64,000 nt of DNA from a virus (IMGVR_UViG_3300025011_000017), one strand, 5' to 3'; positions 1 through 9,770 are shown, counted from the stretch's first letter. Notes: generated by a model not told the origin, from the sequence alone. Made by a program: numbers and translations.

Positions 1-115
1 TGATAGGTGTGTGTATTGTGGAAGTAATGGGCATTCACATTTATGCAATGATGGAATTGCTAGGAATTTTTGTCTAGAGTGCAAGGAAAGAGCAGAGAAA
101 GAATTTTTAGATTAG
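1..115 (+). CDS. 3' end of a Cys-rich (CxxC...CxxC) small protein continuing upstream of the window
   Basis: Open frame from window edge (codons from nt 2) ending TAG 113-115; translation ...DRCVYCGSNGHSHLCNDGIARNFCLECKERAEKEFLD. Confidence 0.35.
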   Translation, partial: DRCVYCGSNGHSHLCNDGIARNFCLECKERAEKEFLD

Positions 116-168
116 GTTTATTTTGAAGATAAAATAGTAATTCGATAGTAGAAAGGGAGTATAAAATT

Positions 169-546
169 ATGAGTGTAGAATATTATCCATGTAATTGTTG
201 CGGAGAAAGTGTTTATGATGAATATGTAGAACGTTGTGTAAAGTGTGGGAAGCGTATTTGCACATCTTGTGTGGTAAATGATGATATTAATTCTGAATAT
301 GCAGGTAGATATTGTGTTAAATTTGATGGATCAGAAGAACAAAAAGAAGAATACAGGATTACTGAAAAAGATATAGAAAAAGGATGGGTACAAATAGGAA
401 AGCCAATTGATAATACAGGTATCGACCCGAAGTATTGTCCTTTCTGTAATGGAGACAAGATTCATAATGATGATTTATTAAATTATCTTTTAATTAAGTA
501 TAATTTATCTAAAGATGAAGCAAAAAGAGTATTAACAAAGATATAG
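169..546 (+). CDS. Cys-rich zinc-ribbon-like hypothetical protein
   Basis: ATG with upstream AAAGGGAG; multiple CxxC pairs; 125 aa. Confidence 0.5.
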   Translation: MSVEYYPCNCCGESVYDEYVERCVKCGKRICTSCVVNDDINSEYAGRYCVKFDGSEEQKEEYRITEKDIEKGWVQIGKPIDNTGIDPKYCPFCNGDKIHNDDLLNYLLIKYNLSKDEAKRVLTKI

Positions 547-657
547 AACAACCATTCTATTATCTGAAAGGTAGGTTTTTATGGAAATAATCATTGGAAT
601 GATAACAATTACAGCAATTTCATGTCTAGTAATACTATTAATAAAGGAAATAAATTA

Positions 658-855
658 ATGATAGATGAAATAAAATATAAAGAAGCATATGAATTTTTAA
701 GGGATAGATTTATTGAAAATATGAAGACTGAGTATTTTCCAACAGTAGAAGGCAAAGGAGGTTGTGATTATTGTCCAGTTGCTTATAGCTGTATGATTGA
801 TAATCATAATGAAGCAACTTGTGCAGATTGGTTTGATAAAGTTTTTAAAAGATAG
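658..855 (+). CDS. hypothetical small Cys-containing protein
   Basis: ORF track 622..855; ATG at 658 has better RBS spacing (AAAGGAAA N8). Confidence 0.4.
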   Translation: MIDEIKYKEAYEFLRDRFIENMKTEYFPTVEGKGGCDYCPVAYSCMIDNHNEATCADWFDKVFKR

Positions 856-868
856 GGAGTTGATTTAA

Positions 869-1060
869 ATGGATTTTAGAAAATTTGCTGAATGTATTAA
901 TAATAGTCATACTTGGAGAAACGTTCTTACGTTAGGTAAAAAATACGAAGTCTTGCGTTCTTTTCCTGATCCACATACAGGATACTTAATGGTTGAAATT
1001 ATGCGAGATGATGGAGAAATAGGTACTTATAGAGGTGATAGATTTATAATTACTGATTAA
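869..1060 (+). CDS. hypothetical protein
   Basis: RBS TAGGGAG upstream of ATG; 63 aa. Confidence 0.4.
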   Translation: MDFRKFAECINNSHTWRNVLTLGKKYEVLRSFPDPHTGYLMVEIMRDDGEIGTYRGDRFIITD

Positions 1061-1078
1061 TTAAAGGAGGAAATTAAA

Positions 1079-1537
1079 ATGAATATTGTAATTAATGAAG
1101 AGGCATTAAGGCAAAAATGTAATCCAGTTACATCACTTGATGATATGAGTAAAATCATAAGCCAAGTAAAAGAAATGCATGAATTAATGGTTAATTCTAA
1201 TGGATGTGGAATTGCCGCGCCACAAGTAGGAATTAATAAACAAATATTTTTAGCAGTATTAAGTAATGGAAGTAGGCTAGAATTATTTATTAATCCTCAG
1301 ATTTTAGATAAAAGCAAAGAAACTGATGAGGATACTGAGGGCTGTTTAAGTATTCCAAATTGTTACGGAACAGTAGTAAGACACAAATCAATTAAAGTCA
1401 AGTATTTTAATGGGAAAGAAATTAAGACAAGAGTATTTGAAGGACTTGATGCAAGAATAGTCCAACATGAATACGATCATCTTGAAGGAATATTATATAC
1501 TGATAAAGCGACAAATATAATAAAGGAAGTGGTATAA
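1079..1537 (+). CDS. def: peptide deformylase
   Basis: Motifs GCGIAAPQVG, EGCLS, QHEYDHLEG (PDF motifs I-III); strong RBS AAAGGAGG. Confidence 0.85.
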   Translation: MNIVINEEALRQKCNPVTSLDDMSKIISQVKEMHELMVNSNGCGIAAPQVGINKQIFLAVLSNGSRLELFINPQILDKSKETDEDTEGCLSIPNCYGTVVRHKSIKVKYFNGKEIKTRVFEGLDARIVQHEYDHLEGILYTDKATNIIKEVV

Positions 1538-1929
1538 TGTTATTAATTAATTATTGCAAAACAGGAATAGCTTATGCTGATTTTGAAATTTTCACCGAGG
1601 TTGAAAGATGGATATCAGTTAATAAAAGATGGTCATTAAATAGTCCTGAGACAGATGTAAGGTTAGATGTTTCCGCGCAAAATATAGTTTATGCTTTTAA
1701 GCTTGCTATTATTAATGATCAAATTACTAAAGATCAAATAAAGATTTTTTGTAATGGAGTTGATATGGAGGTTGATGAGTTTGGAGCGTTTCACGTGATA
1801 CCAAAAGAATTTGATTTGATATGTGGGTTATTAAGAGATGTTGTTTCTGGAGGATGTAAAAAAAGAATATCTAAGGATATGTTGTCTGACTCTTGGGAGG
1901 AAGCAGAAAGAATAGTTGGACTAATATAA
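1537..1929 (+). CDS. hypothetical protein
   Basis: Start overlaps def stop (TAATG); 130 aa. Confidence 0.45.
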   Translation: MLLINYCKTGIAYADFEIFTEVERWISVNKRWSLNSPETDVRLDVSAQNIVYAFKLAIINDQITKDQIKIFCNGVDMEVDEFGAFHVIPKEFDLICGLLRDVVSGGCKKRISKDMLSDSWEEAERIVGLI

Positions 1930-1954
1930 CAAGTAATAGAACAGGAATTTTATA

Positions 1955-2485
1955 TTGAAAGGAAGTTATAAATTGAATTATTATATATCTGATTTACATT
2001 TTTTTCATGCAAATATTATTAAATTTTGCAATCGACCATTTCATTCAGTTGAAGAAATGAATACAATACTAATTAAGAATTGGAATAATAAGGTTAGTGA
2101 AAGTGATAATATCTATATCTTAGGGGATATATCTTGGGGTACTGTTGAACAAACAATTTCAGTTATCAATCAATTGAAAGGTAATAAATTTTTAATTAGA
2201 GGTAATCATGACCATATTATTAAATATGCAGAAGTAAGTAAGCTGTTTAATTGGATTAGAGATTATATTATGATTAAAGATAATGGACAAAAAGTAGTAT
2301 TATTTCATTATCCTATTAATGTTTGGGATTGTCAGTTTCATGGCTCTATTCATTTATATGGTCATGTGCATAATAATTATGAGCAACATTCAGAACTTCT
2401 CACTTTGAAAAATGCTTATAATGTTAGCGTGGAAATGAATGATTATGAGCCAAAAACATTACAAGAAATTATAAAAAGAGTATAA
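1955..2485 (+). CDS. calcineurin-like metallophosphoesterase
   Basis: Motifs ISDLHF, GDISWG, GNHDH; true start may be TTG 1973 (RBS AAAGGAAG). Confidence 0.65.
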   Translation: MKGSYKLNYYISDLHFFHANIIKFCNRPFHSVEEMNTILIKNWNNKVSESDNIYILGDISWGTVEQTISVINQLKGNKFLIRGNHDHIIKYAEVSKLFNWIRDYIMIKDNGQKVVLFHYPINVWDCQFHGSIHLYGHVHNNYEQHSELLTLKNAYNVSVEMNDYEPKTLQEIIKRV

Positions 2486-2525
2486 TAGAAAGTCTATTCT
2501 ATCATATTAAATAATGGAGGTTAAT

Positions 2526-2705
2526 ATGGACAATAATGAAAAGAAAATAAGGTCAGAGAATAGAAAAAAGTGGAGAGGTCGTGAATTAACCCTTACCTCT
2601 ACAGAAGAGTTATACAATGCTGATCCAAATTGTAAACATGAGACTGTTGGATTGTTAAGTGGTGGAATAAAGTGTATACATTGCAATGGTTGGTTTTGTT
2701 ATTAG
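2526..2705 (+). CDS. small Cys-rich hypothetical protein
   Basis: GGAGG N6 ATG at 2526 (track ORF 2514..2705); C-terminal CxxC. Confidence 0.4.
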   Translation: MDNNEKKIRSENRKKWRGRELTLTSTEELYNADPNCKHETVGLLSGGIKCIHCNGWFCY

Positions 2706-2742
2706 AAATAGAAGACTTATTTTATTACTAGGAGGAATTTTT

Positions 2743-2955
2743 ATGGCAGGTGGAGCTTTAAGAAGAGATTGCGAAAATTGTAATAATCAAGTAGAAGTAT
2801 CGCAGTTTTCTTATCGTTGTAAGTTTGGAGAAAAAGTGTTTAAAGAATGCCAATTAGATTATCCTAAAGAAATAAAGATGTGTAGAAAAATGTCTGAGAT
2901 AGATCGAAACTTAGTATTTAAAAAAGATCGCTTTGTCTTATTAGAAGGAATTTAA
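2743..2955 (+). CDS. hypothetical protein
   Basis: Track ORF 2686..2955; AGGAGG-ATG at 2743 is the likely start. Confidence 0.4.
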   Translation: MAGGALRRDCENCNNQVEVSQFSYRCKFGEKVFKECQLDYPKEIKMCRKMSEIDRNLVFKKDRFVLLEGI

Positions 2956-2971
2956 AGATAGGAGGAATATT

Positions 2972-3187
2972 ATGTTTTATGTAATAAGAAATGAACAAAA
3001 TAAATATTTTGAAATAACTGAATATCATGGAAATTATGTTTTTGTAAGCAATAATCCTTTATACGCTCAAAGATATATTGATCTTAAAGTAGCAAATAAA
3101 GAAGTAAAAAGATTAAATAAAGATTTTAGAACTTGTAATGAAAAACTTTGCGTTTGTAGAGCGGATATTAATATATCTAAGGTATAA
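2972..3187 (+). CDS. hypothetical protein
   Basis: RBS TAGGAGG; 71 aa. Confidence 0.4.
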   Translation: MFYVIRNEQNKYFEITEYHGNYVFVSNNPLYAQRYIDLKVANKEVKRLNKDFRTCNEKLCVCRADINISKV

Positions 3188-3208
3188 AAAAGAAAGAGGG
3201 GTTGTAAA

Positions 3209-3511
3209 ATGTCAAAATTATTTAAATTTACTTTATGTTTTATTGGAGCGTCTTTATTATTAGTAGGATGTGGATCTACAGGAAAAGAATCTGCTCCTAT
3301 AATACCTTCACCAATAGTTAATCAATTTACTATTACTAAAGATTTAGGTGAATTAGTAGATATAAATGATTGTAAACAACATGTATATATTATTGAAGAT
3401 CGAGAAACAAATATTCAATATTTATGGGTGCGTGAAACTAGAGTTTTTGGTGGTGCAGGAGGAATAACTCCATATTTAGGGAAAGAAGGCCAAATAACTA
3501 GGTCTAAATAA
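3209..3511 (+). CDS. putative lipoprotein
   Basis: Signal peptide with lipobox LLLVGC; RBS AGAGGGG. Confidence 0.5.
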   Translation: MSKLFKFTLCFIGASLLLVGCGSTGKESAPIIPSPIVNQFTITKDLGELVDINDCKQHVYIIEDRETNIQYLWVRETRVFGGAGGITPYLGKEGQITRSK

Positions 3512-3532
3512 ATTTTGAAAGGAATTAATAAA

Positions 3533-3691
3533 ATGCAAACTAAATCTGTTGATAAATGTATTTGTCCATATTGTGAAGTTATTTTTTATGTTAGCTATTC
3601 TTTATTAGACGAACCGTGTTTAACTTGTCCATCATGCCATAAAGTAATGGGGGTTGATTTTTCAATAGAGTATACTTGTACAACCCTTTAA
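3533..3691 (+). CDS. small Cys4 zinc-ribbon protein (52 aa)
   Basis: CPYC...CLTCPSC; RBS AAAGGAAT; below ORF-track length cutoff. Confidence 0.3.
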   Translation: MQTKSVDKCICPYCEVIFYVSYSLLDEPCLTCPSCHKVMGVDFSIEYTCTTL

Positions 3692-3858
3692 GAAAGTAGG
3701 TAATATATAATTTTTACATGTGAATGTTGCAATATAGCGCATAAAGAAAGTGAAAGATTTAAAAATTTATACACTATAAAATCTAAACTAAGACCATTTG
3801 TAATTATTTGTATAAGTTGTGCTAGAAAAATATTAAAAAGGGATGTGTCTATTTTGTT

Positions 3859-4002
3859 ATGAAGATACCTATAACTGAACCATGTAAAAGATGTGGAGGA
3901 TCTGGGTTTTCTAGATATGGAACTGGTTACAATGCTGTTTGCGATGAGTGTGGAGGAATTGGGGAAACATTAATTGGATGGAAAGAAGATGATAAAAAGT
4001 GA
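3859..4002 (+). CDS. small DnaJ-type CxxCxGxG zinc-finger peptide (47 aa)
   Basis: CKRCGGSGF...CDECGGIGE repeats; weak RBS. Confidence 0.3.
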   Translation: MKIPITEPCKRCGGSGFSRYGTGYNAVCDECGGIGETLIGWKEDDKK

Positions 4003-4191
4003 TGTTTATTATTTGTTATATAATATTTTTAATAATAAGTTTTAATATTATTAAAGATTATTATATAAACTATAATATAATTGACACAATTGATTGCAAA
4101 ATTAAAGTAAGAGATTTAATTATTCTTATAGTTCCTGTTGGAAATTTTATGTTTTATATGTATTTTATGTACAAATTATTTATTAAATGAG

Positions 4192-4371
4192 GAGATGTTT
4201 ATAATACTGAAGTTAATTATTCTATATATTATTATGTTAGTTTTATTTTATGGTTTTTCATGTAATTATGGATTTCATATCAAACCAAATAAACATAAAG
4301 TAATAAGTACACTTATATTTTCTGGACTTATAATTGCAATACCATTATTATCATTGACAAATATACAATAA
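4192..4371 (+). CDS. small hydrophobic membrane protein
   Basis: ATG inside track ORF 4138..4371; shares the 16-nt initiation-region repeat aggagatgtttataat with the gene at 4410. Confidence 0.3.
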   Translation, partial: EMFIILKLIILYIIMLVLFYGFSCNYGFHIKPNKHKVISTLIFSGLIIAIPLLSLTNIQ

Positions 4372-4382
4372 TGTGATATAAT
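4354..4382 (+). promoter_or_regulatory. sigma-A-type promoter family copy (TTGACA-N17-TGaTATAAT)
   Basis: TTGACA 4354-4359; TGaTATAAT with hexamer 4377-4382. Confidence 0.45.
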
Positions 4383-4418
4383 TATAGTAGTATTTTTATA
4401 TAGAAGGAGATGTTTATA

Positions 4419-4589
4419 ATGTCATTATTTGCTAATCAACCTATGATTTGCTGTATATGTGGAAAAGAATTTAATTTTGGTTTTAATTATCATGGTGTTC
4501 CTGCTTGCTCAAATCATTGTTGGGATGAATATCAATGGAGGAGAACGTTATTTATAATGGGAAAAGAGTATATAAAATATAATGATTGA
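4419..4589 (+). CDS. small Cys-rich protein (56 aa)
   Basis: GAAGGAG RBS; CCICGKEF...CSNHC; alternative start ATG 4410. Confidence 0.35.
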   Translation: MSLFANQPMICCICGKEFNFGFNYHGVPACSNHCWDEYQWRRTLFIMGKEYIKYND

Positions 4590-4786
4590 ATTTAGAGATG
4601 ACCTTGAAACTCTTAGATATGTATTAAGTCTTTGTGACCCTAGATATGATTCTGGCGAAGGAATGGTATGTCAATTTTGTGAAGCAACGGAAGGTGAGAC
4701 TCATAAACCTAATTGTATTTACGGAAAATTAACAAATTGGTAATAGAACGTGGATTCTATTACTTATTAAAAGGAGGTAAAAATTA

Positions 4787-5176
4787 ATGTCAAAATGTAA
4801 ACATTGTGGAGAAGAAGTAGATTGGTTTGATTTAGATATTAGTATTTTTGGTCATAAATGCAAGCAAAAATACGACGTAAAAATAAAATCAGATCTAACT
4901 TGTACGGAATGTAATTTTTGCAATGAAACTGTCCGTTTTTATGATGAAAATGGTGTTTCTGATGCTTTTGAACCTAAAAAATACGTATTATGTATTGATT
5001 GCGCAAAGGAAAAATTTCAATCTAAAAAACATACGGAAAAAGAGATTTTAGAGCTTGCAGACCAATTAGCAAAGTCTTGTCGTTACATTATTGAAGGAAA
5101 TGTAATGGGTTTAGGGATATACTTAGAAGTGATGAGAAAAATGTTAATAAATTATAATAACGCTAGAAAAGAATAG
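4787..5176 (+). CDS. Cys-rich zinc-ribbon hypothetical protein
   Basis: Strong RBS AAAAGGAGG; CKHCGEE...CTECNFC...CIDC. Confidence 0.5.
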   Translation: MSKCKHCGEEVDWFDLDISIFGHKCKQKYDVKIKSDLTCTECNFCNETVRFYDENGVSDAFEPKKYVLCIDCAKEKFQSKKHTEKEILELADQLAKSCRYIIEGNVMGLGIYLEVMRKMLINYNNARKE

Positions 5177-5213
5177 AATCGCAATTCTATTACTAAATAA
5201 AGGAGGAGCTTTA

Positions 5214-5438
5214 TTGGCTAATACTGATAAATTCTTAGGAATATTAACGAACGAAGAACTATATGATGCTTTTGAAGAGATTCGTGAGATGAAATTAACT
5301 GGAACTTTAGGAAGCGGTGTAGTAAGAAAAGTATGGAAATCTCTTAACGAATTATTCTCTACTACATTTAGTTTAGATTATGTTTTTCACGAAATAACTT
5401 ATGAAATAGCTAAAAGATGGCATGAAGAAGGATTATAA
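5214..5438 (+). CDS. hypothetical protein
   Basis: TTG start with AAAGGAGGAG RBS; 74 aa. Confidence 0.4.
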   Translation: MANTDKFLGILTNEELYDAFEEIREMKLTGTLGSGVVRKVWKSLNELFSTTFSLDYVFHEITYEIAKRWHEEGL

Positions 5439-5469
5439 AATTATTTTGTATCTGAAAGGAGAAAGTTAT

Positions 5470-5760
5470 ATGTTTGAAGTAAATAAGTTAAGCGATTCTG
5501 AGTTAATAGAAAAAGCTCATGCGACTGATGTGGTTAATATACTAGAATTTGATATTAAGGATATTCCATCTGAAGGATTAGTAGAAAAACCTTATCTTGA
5601 AGAAACTGTAATTGAACTTAAATATAACCCAAATTATGGAGATGATAGAATATGTGTGTGCGGTCATTCTTATTACAGACATTTTGATTCTTATGAAAAT
5701 ATGGATGCCATTGGTTGTAAATATTGTTATGATTGTCGAAATTTTGTTGAAAAAATTTAA
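5470..5760 (+). CDS. hypothetical protein
   Basis: Track 5422..5760; ATG 5470 follows GAAAGGAGAAAG RBS. Confidence 0.4.
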   Translation: MFEVNKLSDSELIEKAHATDVVNILEFDIKDIPSEGLVEKPYLEETVIELKYNPNYGDDRICVCGHSYYRHFDSYENMDAIGCKYCYDCRNFVEKI

Positions 5761-5769
5761 GACTTAAGT

Positions 5770-5798
5770 TTGACAGTTATTTGAAAAAATGTTACAAT
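5770..5798 (+). promoter_or_regulatory. promoter (TTGACA-N17-TGtTACAAT)
   Basis: TTGACA 5770-5775; TACAAT 5793-5798. Confidence 0.45.
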
Positions 5799-5828
5799 AT
5801 ATCTAATAAATAAGAAGGAGGTAATGAA

Positions 5829-5999
5829 ATGAATCGAAAATATTTACTTATGGTTGTAGTGATTGCTTTATGTAGTGCGTTCTTGGTCGGTTGCGATGAC
5901 AGCAGTAGTAAATCTATGACCAATAAACAAGTTCAGCAAATGCATCAGTGGGAAGCGGATAATGCTAAAAGAGCATGGGATAACGCTCCTGCAAAATAA
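5829..5999 (+). CDS. small lipoprotein (56 aa)
   Basis: AGGAGGTAATGAAATG; signal peptide with lipobox LVGC; preceded by promoter 5770-5798 and followed by a hairpin. Confidence 0.45.
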   Translation: MNRKYLLMVVVIALCSAFLVGCDDSSSKSMTNKQVQQMHQWEADNAKRAWDNAPAK

Positions 6000-6036
6000 A
6001 GTTAATTTCTACGTCAGAACGGCGTAGAAATAATAC

Positions 6037-6065
6037 TTGACACATACAGAGTAATGTATTATATT
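6037..6065 (+). promoter_or_regulatory. promoter upstream of NUMOD4/HNH gene
   Basis: TTGACA 6037-6042; AATGTATTATAT -10 region. Confidence 0.4.
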
Positions 6066-6096
6066 ATATTTAATGAAAGGAAGGTGGTTTTAAATT

Positions 6097-6654
6097 ATGT
6101 ATAAAAATGAAAAATGGAAACCTATTAAAAATTATGAAGGTCTTTATGAGATATCTAATTTTGGAAGAATCTTCAGTCTAAGAAGAAATAAAATGTTAAA
6201 ACATATTAAAAGTGGTGGTGTATTATTTGTTTCGTTATGTAATAAATTTTCAAAATATTATCGTGTATCACATTTAGTAGCGGAGACGTTTATACCAAAT
6301 ACGTATAATTCAAAATGTTTACGACATAAGGATGGAGATAATTTAAATGTTAATTTAGAGAATATTGAGTGGGTTGTAAATAAAAAATTGTTAAATATTA
6401 AGAAAGAAAAGGTTTGTAAATGGGTTATATTATGTAAACAATTAGGTATAACGGCATATACCATAGGGGAGATGATTGAAAAATTAAAACTAGAAGGATA
6501 CGAAAAAACACATAGGCAATCCATAAGTCTTTGCTTGAAGGGAAAACAAAAACATCATTATGGTCTAACATTTATAAATATAAAACCTGAAATATCAGAA
6601 AATATTCTTATAAATGATTTAATTAATAAATATTATGAGGATAAAGCGTCTTAA
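6097..6654 (+). CDS. HNH-family homing endonuclease (NUMOD4 / HNH_3 type)
   Basis: N-terminal WKPIKNYEGLYEISNFGRIFSL (NUMOD4) and RVSHLVAETFIPN (HNH_3-like); own promoter at 6037. Confidence 0.65.
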   Translation: MYKNEKWKPIKNYEGLYEISNFGRIFSLRRNKMLKHIKSGGVLFVSLCNKFSKYYRVSHLVAETFIPNTYNSKCLRHKDGDNLNVNLENIEWVVNKKLLNIKKEKVCKWVILCKQLGITAYTIGEMIEKLKLEGYEKTHRQSISLCLKGKQKHHYGLTFINIKPEISENILINDLINKYYEDKAS

Positions 6655-6663
6655 ATAAAAAGC

Positions 6664-6692
6664 TTGACACAATTAAAGTAATGTGATATACT
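6664..6692 (+). promoter_or_regulatory. promoter family copy
   Basis: TTGACA 6664-6669; TGaTATACT 6684-6692; 17-bp spacer. Confidence 0.5.
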
Positions 6693-6715
6693 TGTTTTAT
6701 GGAAGGAGGTAAGAA

Positions 6716-6976
6716 TTGAAACTTCTTTATTGTGGTTATTGTGGAGATGTATTTAATATAGGTTATGAATCAAAGAAATGTAGTTGCGGTAGAACGAGTG
6801 GATTATACTTAGATAATGTAAATGCAAGATATAGCGGTAAACATGCTGTACCATTAGGATTTGCAAATAATTCTTTTGACAATGCTTTAAAAAGACAACC
6901 GAACTCAGGAATGGGAAAAGAATTTTCAGCATTTGTAATTCCAGTAATATGTGACACTTTTGTTAAACGAATATAA
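6716..6976 (+). CDS. hypothetical Cys-containing protein
   Basis: TTG start after GGAAGGAGG; own promoter 6664-6692. Confidence 0.4.
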   Translation: MKLLYCGYCGDVFNIGYESKKCSCGRTSGLYLDNVNARYSGKHAVPLGFANNSFDNALKRQPNSGMGKEFSAFVIPVICDTFVKRI

Positions 6977-7006
6977 AATAATGTAAAATTTAAGGAGTGA
7001 AATGAA

Positions 7007-8608
7007 ATGACAGTAAAAAAAGACATTTTAGGTGATGATTGTTATCCAGATTTTCTAAGATCTATAAGAGATAATTTTAACTCGGTTATTGGTGAAAGTG
7101 CAAAATTACTTACTACTGATGCAGTACAATTATTTGAAGCGTTTTTGAGTGGAATTCCAGTTGTCGCACGACAACATTATACTTGTAGAGCATGTAAAAA
7201 ATTCGTTGATAACTTCGGTGGATTAGTAATTAGTTCTGATGAAGGCGTGATTAAGTCAGCACTTTGGAATGAGGATTTAGTACCTAAATACTTTAAAAAA
7301 TCAGTAAAGGCTATGAAAAATATTGTTTTGAAATCTAGGGTAAATGGTATTTTTAAATCAGATGCTAAAGTTTTAGGCCAACCAGTTACAGGAGAATGGC
7401 ATCACATGTCAGTAGAGTTACCTTCCGCTATGGTTTATCGTTCAAGATTAAAAACAGTTGATCAAGAAATAGCAAGTTTGCTAGAAGAACACAGGATTTT
7501 AATTGCAGGTTTATTGGAATACTCAATTGAAACAGTAAACCAAGCAGTTACACTCTTAAAGACAGGATCTTTAACTAGGTCTGATAGATTTATTGCTATA
7601 GCAAATTGGATAAAAGACCTTCATGAAAAATGCTCTAATGCTAAAAATAGTAATGAGCGTAACAATATTATATGGTTAGCAGTTGTCACAGCACCTTCTG
7701 GATATTGCCATATTAAGAGTTCGATAATTGGTTCTTTACTAGATGATATATCGGCAGGACTATCTTTTGAATCTATTAGTCGTAGATTCGCAGACAAAAT
7801 GGATACTTATCAGCGTCCACAGTCTGCACCAAAAGCAGGAAATATTGCACAGGCAGAAAAAATATTTAAAACATTAGGATTAGAAAATTCTCTTTTCCGC
7901 AGATTTGCTGAATTTGAAGAAGTTCAAACAATGTGGAGCGCAAAAGTCAAGAAGCAGAAACAACAAGTAGAAAGTAATGGAGTATTCTCTCATGTTCAAA
8001 ATAAGGGTAGTGAAAAACGAAGTTCCGCAATGAATATTCCTCCTGTTATTATGACATGGAGAAGATTTCTTGAAACAGTTCTTCCACTAGCTGAAAACAT
8101 TGAATTTCTCGTAAAGGATGAAGTAGATAATTATTCTGCAATTACTACAGCATTACATGGTGATGCACCTCCGATTATACAGTGGGACAGTGAATTTGTA
8201 CGCAATCCTTTTTCGTGGTATATAATTTTTGGTGGATCGCTACCTAAAAGATGGGGATTGTCAGCAGGATATCGTAAAGTAACTGGAGTTTGTTATCAGC
8301 CTTCGATGTGGAATGGTGGTTCAGAACATCAAGGAGAAGCTGTAATGTTTCTTTTAGATGGAGCAAAGGATAGTGAGCATAAGAACGCTGAAAATATTGG
8401 TAATGCGTTGTTTCCAGAAATACTAAAATCAGAACTAAGAGAAGTTCGTTCGACAATTGAAGCATTTGCAAAAAAGGCAAATATTGAAGGATACGACAAA
8501 TCTTCTGCTTGTGGAATTAGATTACGAAAAGGAACTAATTTTAATTCTACGTTCCGAGTGACAACAAATACTGGAACGGCGATATACACATTAGATAGAT
8601 GGGATTAA
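7007..8608 (+). CDS. large hypothetical protein (533 aa)
   Basis: Long uninterrupted ORF with RBS; no recognisable motif. Confidence 0.55.
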   Translation: MTVKKDILGDDCYPDFLRSIRDNFNSVIGESAKLLTTDAVQLFEAFLSGIPVVARQHYTCRACKKFVDNFGGLVISSDEGVIKSALWNEDLVPKYFKKSVKAMKNIVLKSRVNGIFKSDAKVLGQPVTGEWHHMSVELPSAMVYRSRLKTVDQEIASLLEEHRILIAGLLEYSIETVNQAVTLLKTGSLTRSDRFIAIANWIKDLHEKCSNAKNSNERNNIIWLAVVTAPSGYCHIKSSIIGSLLDDISAGLSFESISRRFADKMDTYQRPQSAPKAGNIAQAEKIFKTLGLENSLFRRFAEFEEVQTMWSAKVKKQKQQVESNGVFSHVQNKGSEKRSSAMNIPPVIMTWRRFLETVLPLAENIEFLVKDEVDNYSAITTALHGDAPPIIQWDSEFVRNPFSWYIIFGGSLPKRWGLSAGYRKVTGVCYQPSMWNGGSEHQGEAVMFLLDGAKDSEHKNAENIGNALFPEILKSELREVRSTIEAFAKKANIEGYDKSSACGIRLRKGTNFNSTFRVTTNTGTAIYTLDRWD

Positions 8609-8718
8609 AGAGTGATTAACTTCACTCTCCCTTAAAAATAAAATTAAAGGCTATTTTAGTAAATTGATCAGCGATGGTTAAAATGCAAATCTTATGAGGA
8701 TCGAGGGGCGAAAAGATT

Positions 8719-8901
8719 ATGAGAAATTCAATTAGTATTATAAACGATGTTAATATGATGGATTGTGGAGATGAATTTTGTACGTGTCAAATATGTGGTG
8801 ACAATAAAGAAAATGGTGGGACTTGTTCACATTGCTTTACCTGTATTAATGGACAAAAGGCTGAAGGAAGTAATTTAGAGTGTTTTTCAGACAAGAAGTA
8901 A
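8719..8901 (+). CDS. small Cys-rich protein
   Basis: RBS GAGGGGCG; CGDEFCTCQICGD...CSHCFTC. Confidence 0.4.
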   Translation: MRNSISIINDVNMMDCGDEFCTCQICGDNKENGGTCSHCFTCINGQKAEGSNLECFSDKK

Positions 8902-8961
8902 TTTTTAAAAATCAACCATCTATTGTGACAGAGATAAATTAAAAAAAAGGAGATTAAAAAC

Positions 8962-9150
8962 ATGAATAAATATCATTATTTTATTTGCTACAATACTTAT
9001 GAGGGAGGAATTTCTAATTGTAATCTTGATTTAGATTATGAAATTACCTCAATTGATCACGTAGAAGAAATTGAAAAAACAATTGCTCGAAGTTTTGGTG
9101 TTTCCGATGTAGCTATGATGGGATGGCAATTGTTAAGGAAGGATGTTTAA
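8962..9150 (+). CDS. hypothetical protein
   Basis: RBS AAAAAGGAG; 62 aa. Confidence 0.4.
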   Translation: MNKYHYFICYNTYEGGISNCNLDLDYEITSIDHVEEIEKTIARSFGVSDVAMMGWQLLRKDV

Positions 9151-9151
9151 G

Positions 9152-9739
9152 ATGAAAAAGAGTAAATTAATAGCAACACTAGGGTTAGCGTTATGTTTAG
9201 TAATTGGTAATTCATCAATAATATTAGCAGGAACAGCATCTTCCTCTAAAAGTAGTTCTTCTGCAAGGAGTAGCGTTTCTACATCAAAACCATCAAGTGG
9301 CATATCATTATCTAAACCATCGTCTTCGCCAACGGTATCTAAACCTAGTGTTACTAAACCATCGTCATCTGCTCCTGTTGTATCTAAACCATCTACTACA
9401 ACTAAATCAAGTCCTGTTGTTTCTAGACAAAATTCATCTATTCCTACTAAACAACCTGTAGTTAGCAACTACAATCCTAGCACAAGAACGTATTCTACAA
9501 TGACTCCTTACACAGTTCCAAGGACTTCGTACTACTATGGTGGAAATTATCATCCTGCATTTACTCCTAGTTGGTATAATCCATATTGGTATAATCCTAC
9601 GTATTGGGGTGGAGCGCATCCTGCACCAGTAGCTACAGGAATTGGAAATTATATTGGAGGATTTATACTTAATACGTTGCTATTTTTTGGGATAATCGGC
9701 ATAATTATATGGTTTATTAAGAGAAAGAAAAGAGTGTAA
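9152..9739 (+). CDS. Ser/Thr/Pro-rich low-complexity membrane-anchored protein
   Basis: Signal peptide MKKSKLIATLGLALCLV, SKPSSS-type repeats, C-terminal TM plus KRKKRV stop-transfer; start ATG 9152 (track 9143). Confidence 0.5.
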   Translation: MKKSKLIATLGLALCLVIGNSSIILAGTASSSKSSSSARSSVSTSKPSSGISLSKPSSSPTVSKPSVTKPSSSAPVVSKPSTTTKSSPVVSRQNSSIPTKQPVVSNYNPSTRTYSTMTPYTVPRTSYYYGGNYHPAFTPSWYNPYWYNPTYWGGAHPAPVATGIGNYIGGFILNTLLFFGIIGIIIWFIKRKKRV

Positions 9740-9770
9740 TATATTTAGAAATTTTAGGAGGTGATGCAAA

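Noticed and set aside
3999-4190. Overlapping hydrophobic ORFs in the extremely AT-rich stretch 3999-4190
   Set aside because: No RBS, pure AT-codon composition and mutual overlap; likely spurious. Only the ATG at 4192 with the repeated initiation-region 16-mer was kept, at low confidence.
4186-4422. Direct repeat aggagatgtttataat at 4186 and 4407
   Set aside because: Looks like a duplicated translation-initiation region of two adjacent small genes rather than a mobile-element terminal repeat. Too short and isolated to call an element.
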